NCBI RefSeq assembly: GCF_006345805.1
Contig: NC_043009.1
Coordinates: 64,790,001 to 64,854,000 of the forward strand
Length of the DNA stretch: 64,000 bases
From: Octopus sinensis
Taxonomy: Eukaryota
Direction: 5' to 3'
Position numbers and translations under genes: made by a program. Positions within the stretch are counted from its first letter, which is position 1. Every line of letters begins with the position of its first letter. The notes under the pieces are model-generated. The model was given only the letters and a program-made list of their open reading frames with translations. It did no database searches and was not told the origin of the DNA. This document shows positions 1 through 12,365 of this stretch, one piece after another.

Positions 1-377
1 TTTGACTGCGGCCATGCTGGAGCACCGCCTTTAATCGAGCAACTCGACCCCGGGACTTATTCTTTTTGTAAGCCCAGTACTTATTCTATCGGTCTCTTTT
101 GCCGAACCGCTAAGTGACGGGGACATAAACACACCAGCATCGGTTGTCAAGCAATGCTAGGGGGACAAACACAGACACACAAACAAACGCACACACATAT
201 ATATATACATATATACGACGGGCTTCTTTCAGTTTCCATCTACCAAATTCACTCACAAGGCTTTGGTCGGCCCGAGGCTATAGTAGAAGATACTTGCCCA
301 TGGTGCCACACAGTGGGACTGAATCCGGAACCATGTGGTTCATAAGCAAGCTACTTACCACACAGCCACTCCTGCCA
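1..377 (-). mobile_element. SINE family A copy
   Basis: Reverse complement of 4900-5292. Confidence 0.85.
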
Positions 378-564
378 TAAATATATTTGCAATGGGGAAG
401 GAAATCATCACCATATATTTCCTTCTCCTACTTCACCTTAAAGTAGAGACCACCTCTTTGTGTCTGGGCAAAAGAAGACAACACTGAATGAAAGGGAAAA
501 GAAAATATTTAAACATTTTTTTACCAATCATTTAGAAATGTCAATATGACACAACTACCGTGGC

Positions 565-1388
565 TATTTATAAAGTATTTGTCTAAATACTGTCCTACGA
601 CTTGTCATTACTTTCCCAAAATGAGAAATCACAGCTGATTTGTTGTGTACCAAGATCGTTGAAAGGACAATTCTATTGACTTCAGCTTGTTTGGTTTTGC
701 TGAAGTATTTAACAAAAGCAAATTTTTAATATTCCTACATATCTACATACTGACTTCCTTGCCTCAAAAATACTGCCTCAGAAAAAATTGCCTCAAAATA
801 TTGTCTCAAAAATATTGCCTCAGAAAATATTGCCTCAGAAATATTGCCTCAAAAATATTACCTCAGAAAAAATTGCTTCAGAAAATATTTATAAAGTATT
901 TGTCTAAATACTGTCCTACAACTTGTCATTATTTTCCCAAAATGAGAAATCACAGCTGATTTGTTGTGTACCAAGATCGTTGAAAGGACAATTCTATTGA
1001 CTTCAGCTTGTTTGGTTTTGCTGAAGTATTCAACAACAAAAGCAAATTTTTAATATTCCTACATATCTACATTCCGACTTCCTTGCCTCAGAAAATTGCC
1101 TCAGAAAATATTGCCTCAAAAATATTGCCTCAGAAATATTGCCTCAAAAATATTACCTCAGAAAAAATTGCCTCAGAAAATATTTATAAAATATTTGTCT
1201 AAATATTGTCCTACAACTTGTCATTATTTTCCCAAAATGAGAAATCACAGCTGATTTGTTGTGTACCAAGATCGTTGAAAGGACAATTCTATTGACTTCA
1301 GCTTGTTTGGTTTTGCTGAAGTATTTAACAACAAAAGCAAATTTTTAATATTCCTACATATCTACATTCCGACTTCCTTGCCTCAGAA
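565..1388. repeat. Nested tandem repeat: three copies of a ~205-bp unit separated by 13-15-bp minisatellite arrays
   Basis: Units start at 565, 886 and 1181; spacers are (AAAATATTGCCTCA[G])n. Confidence 0.92.
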
Positions 1389-2150
1389 GATCAATTACAT
1401 TAGTCATCATTCTTTGATACAACTTGCACCATTGCAATTTCTTATTCCTGCTCAGAGTTTATTCTCTCTCTAACACATAGATCTTACTTTGACTATAAAC
1501 AGTAACAACATTCAATTGATATTGATTTTTTCCTTTTTTTTTTTCAGTTTGTTTTCTTTTTTTTTATTAAAGACAAGGCCAAGAATTGATGTCTCTGAAT
1601 TATTTAATCTCCAAACAATTCTCCATTTTCCTGTGCCAATCCTATCTATTTTTCTTAGCGATTCATGTATTCAACTACTTCAATAAGTAATGGTGAAAGC
1701 GATGCTTTGCTGAAGATATCAGAAAACAATAAATACATGTCATTCTAAGTAATTAAACCCAGATCAGAACCTAGTGCAGTTCCCCGACATACCAGTTTTC
1801 AGTCAAACTGTCCAACCCATGCCAGCATGGAAAACGGATGTTAAATGATGATGATGATGATGATGATGATTTATTCAAATCAGTGTCTGCAACTTGAATG
1901 TTACATACATGCAGCTGTGGCTAAAGGTGTAGGCATAGCTAAAGACACAGATGTGGCTGCGTGGTTAAGAAGCTTGCTTCTTGACCATGTGGTCTTGGGT
2001 TCAGTCCCACTACACAGCACCTGGGCCAAGAATCTTCTACTACAACCCTGGGTCCAACAAAGCCTTGTGAGTGGATACAGTGGACAAAGACTGAAAAGAA
2101 GCCAGTAATATACACATACATGTGTGCATGTGTGTGTGTGTGTTTGTGTA

Positions 2151-2563
2151 CCAGGGAAGTGCCGCCTGGGTAGGTAAAGTAGGCAGCAGTGCCTACTCTG
2201 AATAAAATAGGTTGATAGTAACATTTTCCTTTTATGGCAAAATACGCACCTAATTCAATAAAATTATGAAGGTTACTCTGATTACCATGCATAAAATACA
2301 AAATATTTTATTCTTTTATAAATTAGGTAGGCATAATTCGCCCCTGACTTTCAATCTCAGTATTAAAGCTACACATAGGACTGCTGTAGTACACATGCTG
2401 TGTACATTCCTACAACACTGTTTTCTTTACATGTTATAAAGGCAAAAGTAAATCTGCCTACAACTCAGTCGCAAGCCTGTGTTTTGCTTAGTTTTTTGTG
2501 TGTTTTACTACATAAAAGTCAGCAACTGCCTGCCCTGAGTAATTACTGGTGGCACGTGCCTGG
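2151..2563. mobile_element. MITE with short TIRs and TA flanks
   Basis: CCAGGGAAGTGCCGCC / GGTGGCACGTGCCTGG. Confidence 0.5.
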
Positions 2564-3400
2564 TATGTACCAATATCTAAACATCATGTGATGGTTGTAA
2601 ATGAGCATCACTGTTATGCACATGAGGTTATTTGTTTCCAGCCTTCTGTGAAAAACATGTCTAGCTATTGGAAAATACTATGTTGCTTGGAAACATGTTA
2701 GGGTTGGCCACAGGAAGAGCATCCAGAAATAGAAAAATCTGCATCAGCAAATTTCATCTGACCCATAGAAGCATGGAGAAGCAGATATTAAATGATGATG
2801 ATGATGATGCTTCAAATGTTGTACCCTCCAGCCTTCTTCAAGGACTTGTTGCATTTGGGAAAGCTCTCAGGACCCTTTATTTAAGCCAAACTACACCTAT
2901 TTTTGACTAAACAGTTTGTTCAGTTTCAAATTCAAAGAAAGTCATCAAATACGGTAGGTACTTGAAGTGAAATGGAGGTTGCAGTGATTGAAACTGTGTG
3001 GCTATAACAACTGAAGCAAGGACACTAGTTAGTATAAGCCTCTCTCAGATAATGGTAATTCCTCATTTTCAAAATCCAAGCAAAAATTATATCCAGCACT
3101 GTTCCCCATATTTGCCAAGAAAAAATCAAAACACTATCAGCCATAGATAAATAGTGTTTTTTTTTCATTCCCTCACCACATAATTATTTTGGTTAACTTT
3201 TCAAGACCAGATAGATCAATAGTCATATTCCTCTTGCAGATCTGCAAGTTTATTACAGGGAAAATATGGGTAAGGAGGAAATTCCAGAGGGATATTATAC
3301 TGGGGAGCAAGGATTAGTTTTGGAATGGGTTGCATAGGAACTTGGGGCAGGATACTGTATATTCCAGCATATAAGTAAAAAAAAAAAAAATATATATAAA

Positions 3401-3434
<34 letters not shown>

Positions 3435-3476
3435 GATAAGAAAGTTGGTTTGTGAAAGCACGTGGGTGAATATATA

Positions 3477-3685
3477 AAAAATAGTAAAGAGTGAAAAAAC
3501 GACAGTAGGCTTAAATGTTAAAAAATATATATATTTGCGTCAATATGTCTTTAAAAATTATGTCATTATAAAAGAGAAAAAAATTTTTTTTTTTAATTTT
3601 CTAATATTCTTCAGACATATTGACGCAAATATATATATTTTTTAACATTTAAGCCTTCTGTCGTTTTTTCACTCTTTACTATTTT
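3477..3685. repeat. Inverted repeat with ~73-bp near-perfect arms
   Basis: 3477-3550 mirrors 3613-3685 with one mismatch; TA-repeat flanks. Confidence 0.85.
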
Positions 3686-3689
3686 ATAT

Positions 3690-3721
<32 letters not shown>

Positions 3722-4316
3722 CTGTATTTTCCAGCATATAAGTCAAAATTTTCAGACCAAAATTTACGTCCAAAAACAAAGTAGACTTTGAAAAACCCAA
3801 AATTCCATGTGACATGTAGGAGGATTTGGAAAGATAATGATGATGTTTGAATGGTTATACTACATGTTTACATGATATACTATGTCAATTTATAATGCTA
3901 GAAAATATGGTAACTGATGTACATTACTGGGACATATTTTATCAATTTCAGGGGAATAAGTTGACCCTAGTTAACTAGATTTCAAATCAGAATGAAGTGT
4001 GTGGAACAAGGCTAAATGTCGAAACTGCCATTTCTTCTTAAGAGCCACTCAATAAATTAGTTCACCATTCATTAATCCAGTCATAGAAAACCTGAATATC
4101 AATCAATAATTCATAAGCAAACAAAAAATATGTTCCTTAAATTACAGAGTTCTTCAATTAATTGATAAGAAATGTTTTTGTTTTCTAATTCGTCATCAGA
4201 AATAATGCAGAAAAAGTATCAGAAAAGGAGCAACTATGATGAATTTTTTTAGGTTATTTGAAATTGGTGAAAGGAAAAGAGGAAGTTGTCCAAAGTTGAA
4301 CCCTGCCACAAATGTG

Positions 4317-4526
<210 letters not shown>

Positions 4527-4571
4527 TATATATATATATATATATATACATACACACACACACACATACAC

Positions 4572-4621
<50 letters not shown>

Positions 4622-4899
4622 AACAGATCACAACCTGTTAGAATATAATTAGAATATATTAGAGCTTGACCAGAATGAAACATTTTATTTACATGAAACC
4701 ACAAATTGGCAAATTACAAAGAGTTGAAAACTTCATGACTCAAACTGTCACATTGGTCACTCATGTGACCACTCACTTTTTTGTCAGCTGATCATTCATT
4801 TAGAACAATTGCCATTGTAGTTCACAAAATAAAATTGGATAGAAAAATAAGTTGATAGCATAATGAGATGTTTTTCGCAAAAAAGTTCCTCAAAATTTG

Positions 4900-5292
4900 A
4901 GGCGCAGGAGTGGCTGTGTGGTAAGTAGCTTGTTTACCAACCACATGGTTCCGGGTTCAGTCCCACTGCGTGGCACCTTGGGTAAGTGTCTTCTACTATA
5001 GCCTCGGGCCGACTAAAGCCTTGTGAGGGTGGATTTGGTAGACGGAAACTGAAAGAAGCCCGTCGTATATATGTATATATATATATATATGTGTGTATGT
5101 GTTGCCCCCTAGCATTGCTTGACAAACGATGCTGGTGTGTTTATGTCCCTGTTAATTAGCGGTTCGGCAAAAGAGACCGATAGAATAGGTACTGGGCTTA
5201 CAAAAGAATAAGTCCTGGGGTCGAGTTGCTCGATTAAATGCGGTGCTCCAGCATGGCCGCAGTCAAATGACTGAAACAAGTAAAAGAGTAAA
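4900..5292 (+). mobile_element. tRNA-derived SINE family A, full length
   Basis: GGCGCAGGAGTGGCTGTGTGG (A box)...GGTTCAGTCCC (B box), internal microsatellite, tail TGGCCGCAGTCAAATGACTGAAACAAGTAAAAGA. At least 15 full or partial copies in the window. Confidence 0.85.
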
Positions 5293-5707
5293 AACTATGT
5301 ACAGAAGCCTTAATGGTAACAAAATGCAATCTTGAATATCAGAGGTAAAACAATATATCCATTAAATCATGGAACTTTACAGGGTTTACCATTATATAAT
5401 TTTAAATCCAGCATTGATCATTTTATAAATTATAAAATTTTTCCCAAGATCATTAGCGACTTACTACAAAAACACGAGAGCAACATGCCATTGCAACAGT
5501 ATTAGATTAATGGATTTAAGAAGATTAGTGTTTCAAACCGAAGGACTAATAAAGAAATATAAAAAACAAGTCCTTAATAAAAAGATTAAACTTGAACGCA
5601 ATTGTGCTTTTGATATAACATGTTTGAAAGAAAAAAAAACTGTTCCTTGAATATACTGCCACTGTCATACACACACACACACACACACACAAAATGTGTA
5701 TGTGTGC

Positions 5708-5759
<52 letters not shown>

Positions 5760-5795
5760 GTATATGTATGTTTATATATATATATATAAACATAC

Positions 5796-5834
<39 letters not shown>

Positions 5835-6084
5835 ACCTTACATACATACATATATACATATACATTCAGAACAGCCATAACAAAAACAACAGCATCATCA
5901 TCATCACCACCACCAAAATAATGGTAACAACAATGATCCTCACCATCATCATCATCATTGTTATCATCATCGTCATTGTTGACTTTGTCATCATCATCAT
6001 CATCATTGTTGTTGCAGTCATCATCAGTCATATACATCTGGCCATCACCATGACTGAATGCTAGCTACTAAAGCTCTCTTTTTC

Positions 6085-6230
6085 TTTATTTTCTCTTGTT
6101 GCTTTCTGCTGAAGAGCGTAGGCTCGAAGCATAAAAGACTTTCTCACCTTCCCGAGCATTAAACTAATTCACCTGTTTGTTGTTTACACACCTGACTTTG
6201 TCTTTTGTTTTTTGTAAATTCCAACTATAT
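6085..6230 (+). mobile_element. Short repeat (HHR-like family A) ending at (TA)n
   Basis: CTTT-CTGCTGAA-GAGC GTAG GCTC-GAAG-CATA-AAAG plus conserved downstream body; homologous to copies at 11.6, 23.6, 28.7 and 51.7 kb. Confidence 0.65.
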
Positions 6231-6381
6231 ATATATATGTATGTATATATATTACCAAATGACTCATAACATATTGATGGATAATTGAGGGATAAATAAG
6301 CTGATAAATATCCATTGTAAGTTATTATGCATTTGGTTATAATACACCAAGGGAATTTATGACTTGTCAGACACCCTAGAG

Positions 6382-6602
6382 CAGGGGTGGGTAAACTACG
6401 GCCCGCGGGCCGTATGAGGCCCATAGTTTTCATGTGGCCCACCGAGAGCTTTTATGAATCCCAACTTCTATGCAGATACTTCGTAACTGTTTCAGTTGTA
6501 CGGTAATTCACAATATTTTCACTTGATTTTTATAAATGAGGCCCGCCAAGGTTCCAAAGACGCAGAGTGCAGCCCACGATCAAAAAAGTTTGCCCACCCC
6601 TG
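6382..6602. mobile_element. hAT-type MITE with 8-bp TSD
   Basis: TIR CAGGGGTGGG(T/C)AAACT at both ends; perfect TSD CCCTAGAG at 6374-6381 and 6603-6610. Confidence 0.9.
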
Positions 6603-6962
6603 CCCTAGAGTATACCAACAATGTACTACTCAAAGTAATGTATAATTTGGACCAGCTCCTTAGGTGCTAAATACTCATAGGGCTGGTTTTCTCTGTACAC
6701 AACCAGAATATCTTATTTAATACTCACCAACCATAGGCTAAAACCACAGAGATTATCCAACCCTACCTATTTACCTATTGCATATCTTTTCAAGTACCTG
6801 ATTCTGTCTGAATCCTTATTTTACTATATATATATATATATATAAGACTTACTTGGAAGGGGATGGTGGCGTTCAATCATTATAATAATATAAATAAAAA
6901 ATATATATATGCCTATATACATACGTAAATGTACATACTTACATCTATACGTATATATATAA

Positions 6963-7138
6963 ATATGCATATGTGGGCAGAGGATGTCATGAAAAGTGTA
7001 CAACAAAAAAGTACAAAGCACGAGTACATGGAACATGAAGAACATGAACTATTCTTTCAAACAGTGAAAGACACAAATGGAAAACAAAACTTTTTTGTTG
7101 TACACATTTCATAACGTCCTGTGCCCACTTATGCATAT
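6963..7138. repeat. Inverted repeat with ~50-bp arms
   Basis: ATATGCATATGTGGGCAGAGGATGTCATGAAAAGTGTACAACAAAAAAGT mirrored at 7089-7138. Confidence 0.75.
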
Positions 7139-7169
7139 GCATGCATGCATGCATGCATGCATGCATACA

Positions 7170-7205
<36 letters not shown>

Positions 7206-7210
7206 TATAT

Positions 7211-7502
7211 GTGGAGGCGCAATGACCTAGTGGTTAGGGCACCGGACTCGCGGTCGCAGGATCGCGGTTTCGATTCCCAGACCTGGTGTTGTGAGTGTTT
7301 ATTGAGCGAAAACACCTAAAAGCTCCACGAGGCTCCGGCTGGGGGTGGTGATCCCTCCTGTACTCTTTCACCACTCTTTCTTCTGCTGGCCTGCTCGCTT
7401 AGCCAGCGGGGTGGCGTCATTCGAAGGCTAAAACAATGTGAACGCATTGTGACCAGCGATGTGTAACAACATCTGATGGTCTGGTCGGTCACGTGATCAC
7501 GT
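7211..7502 (+). mobile_element. SINE family B copy
   Basis: Near identical to 42868-43170; inserted in (TA)n. Confidence 0.85.
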
Positions 7503-7559
7503 TATATATATATGTACAGATGTAAGAATGTACATATATGTACATATATATATATTATT

Positions 7560-7611
<52 letters not shown>

Positions 7612-7938
7612 CTCATCAAAATTTTTTAATTTATAGCCTGTTCACTGATACTATTTCCTACATTATTTCCGAAAATCAATAATACACTAGCTGGAATTAT
7701 GGAAATTCCACAGTTGTTGACTGTTAAGATCCAACAATTAATCCAATATGTATTTGGACAAAGATACAAGATTTTGCTGAAATAATTTATCCCCAGTGGG
7801 TTGGCAGGTGAAAACGGAAACAAAATTCAGGTATTTTACTTCTTCAACAGTCAATGATCAATAAATATTCTTTTCTACACTAAGCACAAGGCTCAAGACT
7901 TCAAGTAGAGCAAACTGCAAGAATAAATCAGAAATAAA

Positions 7939-8048
7939 GACCCAGGTTTCCCAAGCAGTCACCCATCTAAGCACTAACTAGGCTCAACATTGCTTAACTT
8001 CAGTGATCGGATGAGAACTGGTGTTTTTAAGGTGATATGGCAGTAAAC
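7939..8048 (-). pseudogene. 5S rRNA pseudogene, 3'-truncated
   Basis: Reverse complement GTTTACTGCCATATCACCTTAAAAACACCAGTTCTCATCCGATCACTGAAGTTAAGCAATGTTGAGCCTAGTTAGTGCTTAGATGGGTGACTGCTTGGGAAACCTGGGTC follows the metazoan 5S consensus with A-box/IE/C-box. Many CpG-type substitutions; last ~10 nt absent. Confidence 0.88.
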
Positions 8049-8139
8049 AATGATAAATATTACAATCATTCACACTGTCGTTTCGTTATGATAACTATGC
8101 AACTGTATCATTACACTGTTAATTATAATTATCATAGAT

Positions 8140-8420
8140 TATACCAGCATCGCCTTACTGGCACCTGTGCCGGTGGCATGTGTAAAAGATTCGAGCGAGG
8201 TCGTTGCCAGTACTGCTTGACTGGCCCCATGCCGGTGGCACATAAAAAGCACCCACTACACTCTCGGAGTGGTTGGTGTTAGGAAGGGCATCCAGCTGTA
8301 GAAACTCTGCCAGATCAAGATTGAAGCCTGGTGCAGCCATCTGGTTCGCCAGCCCTCAGTCATTCGTCCAACCCATACTAGCATGGAAAGCGGACATTAA
8401 ATGATGATGATGATGATGAT
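8140..8420 (+). mobile_element. RTE 3'UTR fragment with (GAT)n tail
   Basis: Matches the 3' end of the 21.3 kb RTE. Further copies at 13765-14128, 14820-15020, 15607-15790, 23777-24010, 33440-33980, 49560-49960, 51905-52305, 60125-60333 and 63113-63290. Confidence 0.8.
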
Positions 8421-8426
8421 ACCATC

Positions 8427-8766
8427 AGCATTCTGTATACCTTACTTAATGTGGATATTTTATAAAAAGCCACAAAACTGCAGTACTCATCTTACGAAAT
8501 CTTCTCATACAGATGTACAGGGCTAAAAAGTGCAGACGTGTATCAATAGCAAATGAAAAACATCCTTGCTACTGAGGACATGCAAAGACACAGAAATCCC
8601 GATTTGGCAATTCTACCACAGCAGCTGGCTGCATTTTGTCTGCTAATGCTACACTTCCATACTTTTTGGCACTATATAGCCATGAGAGATGTTTTTTCAA
8701 GAAGAGTACTGTAGGTCTTTGGCTTTCTAATAGTATATCCACGTTAAGTAAAATATACAGATTGCT
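8427..8766. repeat. Old inverted repeat with ~125-bp diverged arms
   Basis: 8427-8551 aligns to the reverse complement of 8641-8766. Confidence 0.7.
8566..8610 (+). ncRNA. Decayed hammerhead motif inside an old inverted repeat
   Basis: TTGCTA-CTGAGGA-CATGCAAAGACACA-GAAA-TC CC GA-TT-TGGCAA; stems I and III pair, stem II is broken by apparent CG>CA decay. Confidence 0.55.
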
Positions 8767-9004
8767 ATTCTGAACTAATATGGCTTCTGTCACTTATAAC
8801 AAATTTACACCATTATTTTCATTAACCAATTCTTTTATGCAGAAATCAAATCCAATACATTCACTCAAAATCTTATTACCCTTAACTACAGAAAGCAGTT
8901 CTATATCATTAAGTCATCTTTTGTTAAGGAATGTTGTGTTTGAAACTATTTTTTTGCTGAGATATGTCAAGTAATTGTCTTAACCATGCCTGGGTATTTT
9001 TTTA

Positions 9005-9217
9005 TTCTTTTATTTGTTTCAATCATTTGACAGTGGCCATGCTGGAGCACCGCCTTTAGTCGAGCAAATCAACCCCAGGACTTATTTTTTGTAAGCTTGG
9101 TACTTATTCTATCGGTCTCCATTGCTGAACCGTTAAGTTATGGGATACGTAAACACACCAACATCAGCTGTCAAGTGATGCGGGAGGGGAAACACATGCA
9201 CACAAACACACACATAC

Positions 9218-9263
<46 letters not shown>

Positions 9264-9500
9264 TCATCATCGTTATCATCATCATTTAACATCCGTATTC
9301 CATGCTCTCTCTCTATATATATATATGTATGTATAAGTATATACAATGGGCTTCTTTTAGTTTCCATCTACCAAATCCACTCACAAGGCTATGGTAGAAG
9401 CCTGAGGCTATAGTAGAAGACACTTGGCCAATGTTCCACGCAGTGGGACTGAACCTGGAACCATGTGGTTGGGAAACAAACTTCTTACAACCAAGCCACA
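9005..9500 (-). mobile_element. SINE family A copy
   Basis: Homology to 4900-5292. Confidence 0.8.
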
Positions 9501-10805
9501 GAGTATAAAAACCGCACCCCTCTGCCAAGCCATGTCAAGCCAGTGTGGTAGAGAAGACTCATCAAACCAGTAGGATCTCAAGCTCCAATTCACAGCCTGC
9601 ACAACAGACGAAGATTAGTGGAGAGAACGTGCTGAGGCCCTCCTCCAGCAGCAGAGTAAAACTCAGGCAATCCAATCCAATCTAATCTGGGTCAGGTATA
9701 TCGAGACAACATGACTTGCAAAAAATACCAATCTATTTTTGTATTTTACTTGTTTCAGCCATTAGACAGTGACCATGTTGGAGCACCACCTTTAAGAATC
9801 AGTTTTAGTCGAATGAACGACCCCAATATTTTTTTTTTTTAAACTTGGTATATTATATTATATTGGTCTCTTTTGCTGAACTGCTACAGCGATGTAAACA
9901 CACCAAACACAGGTTGTCAGACCATAAAATTTAATTTCACAGAAGAAGGATTAATGCTTCGGTTTAATCAACATTTGTAAATGACAGTATATTCATCTTT
10001 GCTTCCTTTAATTGTCCGATGTTCACGACCGTAAAAGCAATTTCAGCCAATTTTCTCGCTACAGACAAAGCAACATAAAATGCAACAGTTTCTGACTAAA
10101 TACTAGTTGTGGTTAGTAAATCACTACCTTACTAAACGTTTCACTCTGTGCTTCATTAATTGTCATTGTAAGTAGTAATATAGCAGTAAATTTAAATCAC
10201 CAGGTGTCAGTTTAACTCTAGCCATTAATGCTCGCCTACCTGCCAAAGTACCACTTATTAGTGAACCTTCACTCTAATTATTGTATAATCTTTTATCTTT
10301 AATGTTTCGCTCGTTTCAGCAACTGGGCTGCAGCCATGCTGGAGCACTGTATGGAGGGTTTTTACTCAAATGAATTGACCCTAGTCGTTATTTTTTACAA
10401 CCTGATACTTCTTTTTATATTGATCTCTTTTGCTCAACTGCTAGGTTATGGGGATGTAAACAAACCAACAGTAGTTGCCTAGCAGTGGTGAGTGGACAAA
10501 CACAAGCACACACATATACATATATACCTTTGTGTGTACACACACACACATATATATACACATATACACACACACACACGTGCATATAGCCGAGCAATGC
10601 TGGGCTATACTGCTGGTATATATATATTTTTTATTAATATTTAGCAGAAGCAACATAGTGATTCAAAGGTCGAGTGTTTTACATGCTGTTATTTATCAAA
10701 CTAGTCATATATTGAGTTCTGTTTTAACTCTATGCATCAAGGTACCTATATATATATTCATACATACATTATATACATACATATATATATATACATATAT
10801 ATATA

Positions 10806-10849
<44 letters not shown>

Positions 10850-10874
10850 TATTTATATATCTATATAATATATA

Positions 10875-11248
10875 CTCTTTTACTTGTTTCAGTCATTTGA
10901 CCACCTTTAGTCGAGCAAATTGACCCCAGGACTTATTCTTTGTAAGCCCGTACTTATTCTATCACCTCTTTTGTGCTGACCGCTAAGAGACGGGGACGTA
11001 AACACACCAGCATTGGTTGTCAAGCAATGCTAGGGGAACAAACACAGACACACAACAAACACACCACATACATATATATATATTCGACAGGCTTCTTTCA
11101 GTTTCCGTCTACCAAATCCACTCACAAGGCATTGGTCAGCCCGGGGCTATAGTAGAAGACACTTTCCCAAGATGCCACGCAATGGGCCTGAACCCGGAAC
11201 CATGTGGTTGGTTAGCAAGCTACTTACCACACAGCCACTCCTGTGCCT
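10875..11248 (-). mobile_element. SINE family A copy
   Basis: Homology to 4900-5292. Confidence 0.82.
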
Positions 11249-11319
11249 ACATACATACGTACGTACGTACGTACGTACATACGTACATACGTACGTACAT
11301 ACATACATACATACATACA

Positions 11320-11351
<32 letters not shown>

Positions 11352-11589
11352 ATGCAGTTCTCAGGAAGATTCAGCGTGACACAGAGTGTGACATGGCTGG
11401 CCCTTTGAAATACAGATACTACTCATTTTGGGACGTTGAGTGGACTGGAGCAACGTGAAATAAAGTGTCTTGCTCAAGGATACAATGTATCACCTGGGAT
11501 TGAATTCATGACCTTACGATCACGAGCTGAATGCCCCTAACCACTAAGTCACGTGCCTTCACTCCGCCATGATAGATCACATAGCCTCT

Positions 11590-11744
11590 TTTACTTTCCC
11601 TGTTTATTTCTGTGTTCCTTTCTGTTTAAGAGTGTAGGCTCGAAACATAAAAGACTTTCTCACTTTCTGAGCGTTAAACTAATACATCTGTTTGTTCTTT
11701 ACACACCTGTCTTCGTCTTTTGTTTTTTGGTAAATTCTCACTAT
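11590..11744 (+). mobile_element. HHR-like family A copy
   Basis: CTTT-CTGTTTAA-GAGT GTAG GCTC-GAAA-CATA-AAAG and the same body. Confidence 0.6.
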
Positions 11745-12062
11745 TCTGCAACAGAATGTCTTTGTTGAGGATTTCTAAAGATACAATAATAATTTGTTGA
11801 TGTCATCTGCATTCTTAATTCTGTCTCCTTTCCAAAGAATAAAATGACCAGCATCTGGTAGTGAGAAAGTCCCAGAAGGTAAGTGTTGCAGCACAGACAC
11901 AGTCAAATGAGTGGAACCAATAAAAGAATTAGGCACATAAAAGCATAGATCAACAGTTGTGTGTAGAACAGGCATACAGAGTTCTTGACTATCGAAAGCT
12001 AATTGTTGGATTCAAATGTTACACACAACAGATGTCATATCATGTACGATAAACAATAAACG

Positions 12063-12365
12063 TTGCCCTTTTCAAGCCTAGCCAGGCTCATGGGCTCGGT
12101 TTCCAGGTTTCTGTGGCATGTGTGTTTCCCCCAGCTGGACGGGACGCGAGTCCATCGTAGTGTTACTCAAGAAACAGGGAAATACTGAGAGAGCAAATTG
12201 GGGCGAAAAAGTACAACAGGGGTCGCCACTACCCCCTGCCAGAGCCTTGTGGAGCTTTAGGTGTTTTTGCTCAATAAACACACACAACACCCGATCTGGG
12301 AATCGAAACCGTGATCCTCCAACCGCGAGTCCGCAGCCCTAACCACTGGGCCATTGTGCCTCCAC
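12063..12365 (-). mobile_element. SINE family B head with a third type of 3' body
   Basis: Same head, tail CCCATGAGCCTGGCTAGGCTTGAAAAGGGCAACG. Confidence 0.78.

Noticed and set aside
760-885. Short regularly spaced repeats resembling a CRISPR array
   Set aside because: No unique spacers, eukaryotic context and no cas genes; it is a minisatellite
1710-1735. CTGAAGA-TATCA-GAAA
   Set aside because: No credible stem II or stem I; expected by chance
7211-7285. tRNA-like sequence (also at 17129, 42868 and 4900)
   Set aside because: These are SINE heads continuing into shared SINE bodies; no proper acceptor stem
7637-7830. Exon-like plus-strand segment between tag| and |gtattt
   Set aside because: Stops in all three frames and no recognisable protein
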